Shown here: piece after piece, positions 9,922 through 17,100 of the stretch
How the letters are laid out: every line of letters starts with the position of its first letter
Position numbering within the stretch: position 1 is the stretch's first letter
Assembly: GCA_963768305.1 (NCBI GenBank)
Contig: CAVYHE010000009.1
Span: 1 to 64,000 of the forward strand
DNA length: 64,000 bases
Direction of reading: 5' to 3'
Source of the DNA: an uncultured bacterium
GTDB lineage: Bacteria > Margulisbacteria > WOR-1 > CAVSGV01
The notes under the pieces: model-generated
The model's input: the letters and a program-made list of their open reading frames with translations, nothing else
Databases searched by the model: none
Told to the model about the DNA's origin: nothing
Position numbers and translations under genes: made by a program

Positions 9922-11733
9922 TTATATCACCTTATTCTCGTTTTTTGCATGTTTCTTGGCCTGAGCTTCCACAGCTTGCGTGGCCGGCGAGCTGCTTGAA
10001 CCGCTAGCCTTGGCAACATTATTCTTTTTGGAAGCGCCGGCCGCTATAGCCGCTGCGCTAACATTCCTTGCGGCAAAACCGGCAGCCATGGCGGCGCTCT
10101 GAGCATGTCTCACTACCGGAGCTGATATAACAGGATGACTTGCCCCAGGCGCGACAGCAGGCGATCTTTTTGCGGAAGATACCCTGCTCTTTGACGCGGA
10201 GCCTTTCACGCTTTTTGCCGCCGCGACCCTTGAAGAACTGGATTTTCTTTTAAGCAACGCGTTCATTCTCGCCTTTGCCTCGGCGCGATGTTTAGCTTCT
10301 ATCTTCATAAGGGCGAACTCCTCATCGATACGATCGTTCTTTTTGTCCTCGTAATCGGCTTCATCGGTCTTATATTTATTGTCCAAATAGCGATTAAACA
10401 TATCGCTTGTGAGCGACTTAACAGCGTCTTTATTCCCGATAGAGATCATTTCATAGTGGAAATAATCATACCAGTCGGTCCCAACTGTAAAATCGGGATT
10501 AAAGGCCTTGTAGTTATTCTCAGCCGTAACTAAAGCTGCCTGTATGGCTGATATCTGATCGGCTGTCAACGGGGGCTGTATGGAAAGCAGCAGGCTGCCG
10601 AACAAAGTTGGATCTCCGTTTGAATCTTCGTACGCTTGAACCACTTGGTCTTGCTGGTCCAAGTTTAATCCCGTGACAGTATGAAGCTGCGTATTGAGTT
10701 CTTGAAGGAAGGTCTTCTCAGCCGAACTGAAAGCCGTGGTTATGGCTGATATCTGATCACTTGTCAACGCCGGAACTATGGCATTCAGCGCGTCGCTGAA
10801 CGAACTTAAATCCCCATTTGATGCGGTGTATGCCTCCATTACTGAATTGAACTGTCCTTGAATCAATCCAATGGGACCCGAAGCCTGATCATTGGCTGCT
10901 TTCAGCAGCAATTGGAAAGCTCCGGGATGGCAGTTGACCGAAGTCCCGTTCACCTGGTCCCATCTTCGCATATCATCCGTCCATTCATTCTTAAGCGCAT
11001 TAGCCGCGGTTTGTTGATCGCCTGAAAGTCCCCCGTTATCAATGTAGTTTTGAACCTTTTCCATGAAAGCGCTGTTTGTGCTGAATTTGGACAAAGCATC
11101 CATGAACTGGCCATCCAGGCTGAATAACAAGCTTATCAGTCCCATATTATGCGGATCTATCGTGTTATTATTGGCCAGGAATGTGTTGATATTGCCTATA
11201 ACGTCGGCATCATTGCTAAGATCCTCCGCTTTCCCGAATATGCTCTGATAAGCGCCGAACACCCTTTCCTTGGAATCGAGCATCGAGCACATGAGATCGA
11301 ACGCCTGTTCATCCGAGAGACTATACAACTCCCCCTTATTTATGATCGTGTCGTAGCTCTCGCTGCCGCCGATATTCTTAATGTCGTCCCAGTTAAAGTT
11401 ATTATTGATGTCATCCACGACAGAAGCGTCTTCCGCGTGAATGTTCTCTCCCTGAACTCCTGTTATCAGGTCCCATACCGAGGCCTCCGGAGAAAAATCA
11501 AGGTTCTTATATAGTTGCCCTTCGACCGTACTGAGTGACTTATTATAGCTATCAGAGAAGAATTTCATCTCCGTTGCGAGGGCGTTCGCCACCTGAAGGA
11601 ATGACTGGTATTGAGCCGAATTTTCTCCCGGATTCTGGCATATTTGATTTGGATAGCTTATGTGTATGGGCTGTTGAGGTTGTTTCAGCCCCATCATGTC
11701 TACCCCGGAAAAATCATACGAGAAATAACCCAT
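9922..11733 (-). CDS. Hypothetical 603-aa protein, acidic body with basic Ala/Ser/Lys tail
   Basis: Long ORF, AAGGAG SD; internal ~45-aa duplication. Confidence 0.85.
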   Translation of the reverse strand: MGYFSYDFSGVDMMGLKQPQQPIHISYPNQICQNPGENSAQYQSFLQVANALATEMKFFSDSYNKSLSTVEGQLYKNLDFSPEASVWDLITGVQGENIHAEDASVVDDINNNFNWDDIKNIGGSESYDTIINKGELYSLSDEQAFDLMCSMLDSKERVFGAYQSIFGKAEDLSNDADVIGNINTFLANNNTIDPHNMGLISLLFSLDGQFMDALSKFSTNSAFMEKVQNYIDNGGLSGDQQTAANALKNEWTDDMRRWDQVNGTSVNCHPGAFQLLLKAANDQASGPIGLIQGQFNSVMEAYTASNGDLSSFSDALNAIVPALTSDQISAITTAFSSAEKTFLQELNTQLHTVTGLNLDQQDQVVQAYEDSNGDPTLFGSLLLSIQPPLTADQISAIQAALVTAENNYKAFNPDFTVGTDWYDYFHYEMISIGNKDAVKSLTSDMFNRYLDNKYKTDEADYEDKKNDRIDEEFALMKIEAKHRAEAKARMNALLKRKSSSSRVAAAKSVKGSASKSRVSSAKRSPAVAPGASHPVISAPVVRHAQSAAMAAGFAARNVSAAAIAAGASKKNNVAKASGSSSSPATQAVEAQAKKHAKNENKVI

Positions 11734-11755
11734 TGTGAATATTCGCTCCTTATTA

Positions 11756-12061
11756 TCAGCTGGACGAACTGCCTATGGATTTTTCGAGCGCGAACATCTG
11801 CTGGAATACCGAAAGTATAGTTGTCGTCTGGTTCGAGAGCTGGTCCATCTTATTGCTTATCGCAAGTTGAAGCGTAACAGTGTCCGTTTTCGATATTTTT
11901 CTGCCGTCAACCGTGATCGAGGTCAGGTTCGGATCTGACATTTGGTCCAATATATCATTGATCTCGTTCTGATTCTCTTTCATTGCCGCCTTCACGTCAT
12001 AATGGACATTATTCAACTGTTCCGTTATCTGCGCCGGCGCTACTACTCCTCCGTATACCAT
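11756..12061 (-). CDS. Small helical protein (101 aa), needle/rod-subunit-like C-terminus
   Basis: AAGGAGG SD before ATG 12061 (MVYGGVVAP..); C-term LQLAISNKMDQLSNQTTTILSVFQQMFALEKSI. Confidence 0.75.
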   Translation of the reverse strand: MVYGGVVAPAQITEQLNNVHYDVKAAMKENQNEINDILDQMSDPNLTSITVDGRKISKTDTVTLQLAISNKMDQLSNQTTTILSVFQQMFALEKSIGSSSS

Positions 12062-12119
12062 GATAAATTCCTCCTTTTTTACCTTGTTCTTGACTATTTG
12101 CTTTCCCCTACACATATAT

Positions 12120-12147
12120 ATTCGTATGAAGTGGTGTGAAACTTGCA
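12120..12147 (-). promoter_or_regulatory. sigma28-like promoter, copy 2
   Basis: Minus strand TGCAAGTTT-N14-CGAAT. Confidence 0.7.
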
Positions 12148-12161
12148 TGTAGTTTAGCTCC

Positions 12162-12261
12162 CAGCTTACGGCTAACGGCACGCCCTTCGGGCTACGGCTC
12201 ACAGCTGACAGCTTACGGCAAACGGCTTTTAGCTGTTAGCTGTGAGCTGTTTGCCGTAAGC
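12162..12261. repeat. Heptamer-periodic inverted repeat
   Basis: Units CAGCTTA/CGGCTAA/CAGCTGA/CGGCAAA face TAGCTGT/GAGCTGT/TTGCCGT; 12211-12227 pairs 12245-12261 (16/17). Confidence 0.75.
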
Positions 12262-12299
12262 AAAAAGGCGGCAGCTAAGTTTCCTTAACTACCGCCTTA
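12262..12299 (-). terminator. Rho-independent terminator after the 132-aa gene
   Basis: Minus strand AAGGCGGTAGTTAAG-GAAA-CTTAGCTGCCGCC-TTTTT. Confidence 0.85.
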
Positions 12300-12321
12300 T
12301 TTAAGGCTATGCTAGGGAAGA

Positions 12322-12720
12322 TTATCCCTGGCTCAGGATCCTGGACGCTGTCTTGGCAATATTATTTGCCGTTGACAACAGCTGAGATGCAACCTGGACC
12401 TTGGTCGAGATCTTTTGCATAAGATCGTCTATTACCATGGCTCCGGATGCTTGTGAAATATCTACGGTCGTTCCTTGCGCAAACCCATACTCTTCGGGAA
12501 CTTGCGATAACAACATTGTGTGGTTGGGGTTGTTCGCGTCTGGTCGTCCCCCCACATCATAGTAGTTGCCCCCCGTTTTATCTAATTGATCCCCGTCTCC
12601 TAACGTGCCATCCAAGCAGTCAATAGTTATGTCATCAATGTCATCGCACGCATTTGTTGCACTTTGAATAGCATTGCTCAACATATTATCGCTCACATTA
12701 GCTCCTATGTTAATACTCAT
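12322..12720 (-). CDS. Small monocistronic protein (132 aa) with flagellar-axial/T3SS-needle-like C-terminal helix
   Basis: GGGGGTG SD before ATG 12720 (MSINIGANVS..); own promoter and terminator; C-term DLMQKISTKVQVASQLLSTANNIAKTASRILSQG. Confidence 0.8.
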   Translation of the reverse strand: MSINIGANVSDNMLSNAIQSATNACDDIDDITIDCLDGTLGDGDQLDKTGGNYYDVGGRPDANNPNHTMLLSQVPEEYGFAQGTTVDISQASGAMVIDDLMQKISTKVQVASQLLSTANNIAKTASRILSQG

Positions 12721-12764
12721 ATTTTTCACCCCCTTTTGTTTAAAATTTTGTCTTCCACTGTATT

Positions 12765-12792
12765 TATCGTAACTACTTGCCCAAAACTTGCA
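12765..12792 (-). promoter_or_regulatory. sigma28-like promoter, copy 3
   Basis: Minus strand TGCAAGTTT-N14-CGATA. Confidence 0.75.
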
Positions 12793-12798
12793 TGCATT

Positions 12799-13098
12799 TT
12801 AACCGTTTGCTTTGCCCTGCTTCTCCATTATCTTCGTAATCTGGGCCAGTATGGCCTGCGCTTCTTCCAGGTCCGTATTGAATTCGCGCTTTTTCTCAAT
12901 CTCAAGCTTGTCCCTGTCAAAATTCGACCCCGCGGACCTGTTATTCCCGGCCACGACCATTACCCCGTCCATGCTTCGCCTAACCAGCTCGAATACGCTG
13001 TTGAAATTGATGGTTGGCGAATTATTGGCTTTTCCTTCGCTTTTTTGAGGCTGAGTCGCGGGATTTATTTGGCGGTTCACTGATGCTACTGCTGTCAT
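12799..13098 (-). CDS. Hypothetical protein (99 aa)
   Basis: AGGAG SD before ATG 13098 (MTAVASVNRQINPATQPQKS..); C-terminal coiled helix. Confidence 0.7.
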   Translation of the reverse strand: MTAVASVNRQINPATQPQKSEGKANNSPTINFNSVFELVRRSMDGVMVVAGNNRSAGSNFDRDKLEIEKKREFNTDLEEAQAILAQITKIMEKQGKANG

Positions 13099-13111
13099 TA
13101 GAATGCTCCTG

Positions 13112-13297
13112 TTAACACATTTGTGCAACGCGTCTAGAGATGCCAAGTAGCGCCTCGTCCGCGGCGATCTTGTCAACGACTTGCGGCTGGGACGGTTTAT
13201 CGCCCGGCTTCGTACTGCCTTTCGTATTGAGGTTGGAAACCCCGGATTTCGAATTATTTATTGTTGAATTTGCTGTTGCTGTTTGATCTCCTGCCAT
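13112..13297 (-). CDS. Small hypothetical protein (61 aa)
   Basis: AAGGAG SD and promoter copy 4 directly upstream; S/T/N-rich N-terminus. Confidence 0.65.
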   Translation of the reverse strand: MAGDQTATANSTINNSKSGVSNLNTKGSTKPGDKPSQPQVVDKIAADEALLGISRRVAQMC

Positions 13298-13322
13298 TTA
13301 AGCACGCTCCTTACACTATTAT

Positions 13323-13350
13323 TATCGGGGGGAAACGGGGAAAACTTGCA
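13323..13350 (-). promoter_or_regulatory. sigma28-like promoter, copy 4
   Basis: Minus strand TGCAAGTTT-N14-CGATA. Confidence 0.75.
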
Positions 13351-13491
13351 TGGAAAAAAAGGGGGATGTCGTTCGTTATTCGGTCCCGATACCCGTTTCG
13401 TCGTTGGGGCCCGTAATTCGGGGGGTATTAGCTTAGAGGTTTTTCACTCTGAAAATCGATATGGGCTTCGAGAACCGGACTCAATTTATCA

Positions 13492-13887
13492 TCATTTTAT
13501 GCTCTGATGATTAACTTTATATTTTGTCCAGGATCTTGAAAGCTTATATAATTGGCGACCACATTTATCATATATATCTATCAGCTCATCGCACTTTATC
13601 CTATAAAGGTCTCTGCATTGTGACAATGAAACCACAGTCTCATTGCATTCAGCCATTGCATCATCCAGATATTTTTGAAAACCCATCTTCTGGTGCCTTT
13701 TGGCATATCCTTCGGCAATTAACCTGGGAATAGCCTTACTGCTTCTGCTGATCTGATCCTTCAGGTCATATTTTTCTGACGCAGGCAGCCCAGGAAGAAC
13801 TTCATTGAAAATTTTGATTACAGCTGAATATGAATTCTGGAAAACATTCAGATCTCGATAGCTGATCACCAGTTTCTTTTCTTCCAT
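13492..13887 (-). CDS. Four-helix-bundle protein (23S rRNA intervening-sequence protein family)
   Basis: SYRDLNVFQ..LPASEKYDLKDQISRSSKAIPRLIAEGYAKR family signature; AAGGAG SD. Confidence 0.9.
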   Translation of the reverse strand: MEEKKLVISYRDLNVFQNSYSAVIKIFNEVLPGLPASEKYDLKDQISRSSKAIPRLIAEGYAKRHQKMGFQKYLDDAMAECNETVVSLSQCRDLYRIKCDELIDIYDKCGRQLYKLSRSWTKYKVNHQSIK

Positions 13888-14198
13888 GTTTCGCTCCTTT
13901 TTCTAACATCGAATTACGAATGTCGATACGGGCTTCGGGTCCGGGTCCTAATTTACTAATTTGATAGCAATAATCTTGCCAAATAAACTATTATGATTTT
14001 TGTTGCTCTGACAGCTAAATTAAATGGCTAAAAACTGGAAGGATGTCGAGATTTTCTACACTTGTAGTATATTACGTCATTTCAATTCCCTAATAGCCTG
14101 TTTAATAACTGTGTCCCTACCATATAATATATGTTGTCTATCTAGCGGCTTACCGATGATGATCTTCGGCCTGGGCAGCTTTTGAAGGAAGCTAAAGC

Positions 14199-17100
14199 TT
14201 ATACCTTCACTGCATTTTTTGAGAGCGCAAAAGCCATAGGATCAAGTGATACATTTATGTTTTTCCCGGCTTCTTCTTTATTGCTCTCTTTGTTCTCAAG
14301 TTGACCAAGGGCCACCTGAATCCCTTTGATATCCTGCTGTGTCGCCTGTTTTTCTTCCTGCAATTCCTGGATCCTGCTCTTGCCTGCCACTATCTTTTCA
14401 TTGTTCTGTTTCCTGGCATATTGTATAGCCGACTCAGCGATCTTCAGTTCATCGAGCGATTGATATTCCTTATTTCGTTTACCATTCAACTGTCGTAAAT
14501 GCTTGTCAATAAGACCTTTTTTATCAGGCTGATTTGCAGCAAGCATTTTCAGGTCTTTTATTGTTTTATTGTCCTTTTCGATCTCTTTATTGCGCTTTTG
14601 GATCAATGTTTCGATCTCTTCCTTCGCGGCAGCAGAAAGTTTTATCAAAGCCGGAATTTCGGTTTGTGTTATCTTGACAAGATTCGCTTTTTCCACGGCA
14701 AGCTTCCTGCCGATATCCGCAAGGTTATCCTGCAGCTGCTTTAATAGATCCTTTAAGGTCGGTAAGTCAAGTTTTTGCTTTTCTGCGCTTGACTTAGCAA
14801 CCGTATTAAGATTAAGCTGAGCATCGAGATCCGTCACCGCTGAAAGAGCGGCATTCGTCTGCTCTATCATTTCGCTTACGCTCTTCAATAACGCATCCAG
14901 CCTCTGTAGCACGGGGGATGAATTCGCCGACTGCTGTTGCTCAGTTTTACCCGCGCTTGGAGGCGTCACGCTTGATGATGCCTGTATTGCAAGGCCTGCG
15001 GCCGCTTTAGAAGCCTTAAGAGCTTCTTTGACATTATTGACCTCTTTGCTGATATTCGCGACATCATGCTTTATTTCCTTAGCTTGGACAAGAGCATCTC
15101 TGAGGGCTTTTTTGGCCGCTTTTACCGTTTCCGGCTTCATGTGAGCCGTTGTTTTCGCCGCAGGAATAAGTTCCTTAATTAAGGCCAATTTTTCTGCCGC
15201 TTTCGTTTTGAGATTTTCGAGCTTAACAATCGCATTCATTAACTTCGTTTCTGCCTTATTCGCTTGAGCTGGTGAAACAGGCGATTGAGCAGCTTGAACC
15301 TGATGAGCCGGCGTTGCAGCCTGTGGCGCAGCTTGAGTTGCAGGCTGTGGCGCAGCTTGAGTTGCAGGCTGTGGAGCAGCTTGAGTTGCAGGCTGTTGCC
15401 CCGGGATCGCCGAAGGTTTCGAAGTTGTTTTAGCCGGGGCTTCTTTTGCGGGTTTTGCCTCTGCAATGGCATCTTTATACGCCTTCATGATCTGATCTGT
15501 AGCTTTTTGGGTCAAGTTCTTTCCGTCAACTTTCAGTTCACCAATCTTTTTGCTGAAAAGGTCCTGATCGGTCTTGCTATCCTTATATATTTTCATGACC
15601 GCGGATTTTTGCTTTTCGCTGAGCGGCTTGCCGTCGACCTTGACCCCGTCCAGGCGGTCCTTGAAAGTGTTCAATGCCTTTATATACGGCTGCGCCGCAT
15701 TGTTCTTCACGTTCTGCATATGTTCTTTAAATTCGGAAATGCCTATTGCCTCCGTTTCTTTCTCCAACCCTTTCCAGAACTGTAAAAGGTTTTCATTGAA
15801 AATCTTCGTGATCTCGCTGTTGCTCTGGGAAACCTTTACCGCCGCATCATTGTCCAGTGATATCTGGCCGGACATGGCTTCTTCCGTTGCGCCAAAGCTG
15901 GCAAAATCGCCTGCCATGCCATTTTCAGCGACCACTTTTGAAGTCTTCACATCCTTTGTAATGCCTTTACCTGCGACCTCCGCCTCTCTGTTCTTCTGGA
16001 CATCCTGCATGGCCGCCTTTTCAATATAAGCGAAAAGCATCGGGGTAAGGACTTGCAGCGCATCCAGTGTATAGGTTAACGGCTTTAGATTGTTGCTTCT
16101 AGCGTTCGCCATGGTGTAGTAAGCACTTTTAGCCGTGTTAAAGTCCGCTTTCGCCTTATTAAGAGCCGCCTGCAGGTCCGATTTAACTTCATCCAGAGAT
16201 TTAGTGTCGGTCGCTTTTGCGCCTTTTAATGCCTTTTCAGCTTTGCTTACTTCAGCCTGTTTAGCTTTATAATTACTCGCTTCCTGCGAATTTTCGTTCT
16301 GTATCGCCTCCGTAAGAGAAATGACAAATTCAACGACCTGTATCGCCGCGGAGATGGTGTCCATCCACGCCTGCATTTCATCTGCCAGCGCCGTCCTTTC
16401 GGCTTCGGTTATCTGGTTCCATCTTGCGCATGCCACTTCCAGCTTGTTGAACATGTCGTCTATCTTCGCCTTTATGTCCTGCTCCATGAAATTAAGTACG
16501 GTCTGCGTCGTGTTGATGGAAATGCCGGATATTCCGGTCATTGCTTCATTGACTATGTTCCTTAGTTCGCGAAGGGTCTGGCTGATATCTGCCCTTGTTT
16601 TTTCTCCCCTGTAAAGCTTTTCGATCAATTCCTTGTATTGATAGGAAAGCCCCTTGTTCACTCCGATAAATCCGGCTCCCATATCCTGGATAAGATCCGC
16701 GTTTATTTCATCCAGGCACTGCTGCTGCAGGGTTTCCAGCTTGCTTTTCACGGAATCAACGCTGTTATCCATGGTCTCTTTCAGCTTAAGATAATTCGAA
16801 ATGCCTCCCATGTCATCCTTTGCCCGGTCCTGCGCGAACGTATGTTCTATCCATGATGTAACAGTTTTAAACACGGTCATTATCGTGTTAAAAGCGGAGG
16901 ATGCAAGCTCCACAACCGAATACCACGACACTGATCCGTGAGTGACATAGGCGACTATGGCCGCAACAACGACCGAGACGACAATGCCCACCCATGACGT
17001 GTTGATCTGACTGTTAAGTTTGTTGATCTGGAGATTTGCGTCATTTACCCTGTTGGCTATCTCCGCCTTCTGGGAAAGATACTGGGTCAGCATGGAGATA

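Noticed and set aside
11756..12202. Longer 148-aa version of the small needle-like ORF
   Set aside because: The extension runs through the promoter and heptamer repeat; the strong SD supports ATG 12061.
12322..12720. Calling this protein flagellin or FlgG/FlgE
   Set aside because: Too short, and lacks the conserved N-terminal motifs (flagellin RLSSG.RIN; rod/hook ANNLAN); only the C-terminal helix pattern resembles them.
13492..13887. Avd-like accessory gene of a diversity-generating retroelement
   Set aside because: No reverse transcriptase and no template/variable repeat pair with adenine-specific differences seen; the sequence fits the generic four-helix-bundle family.
13957..14198. Possible ncRNA or riboswitch in the AT-rich gap after the giant gene
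   Set aside because: Only a 5-bp stem and a lone TATAAT are visible; no recognisable RNA family.
15313..15396. Possible CRISPR array
   Set aside because: The 24-bp units are contiguous with no spacers and encode an in-frame PQPATQAA linker; no cas genes.
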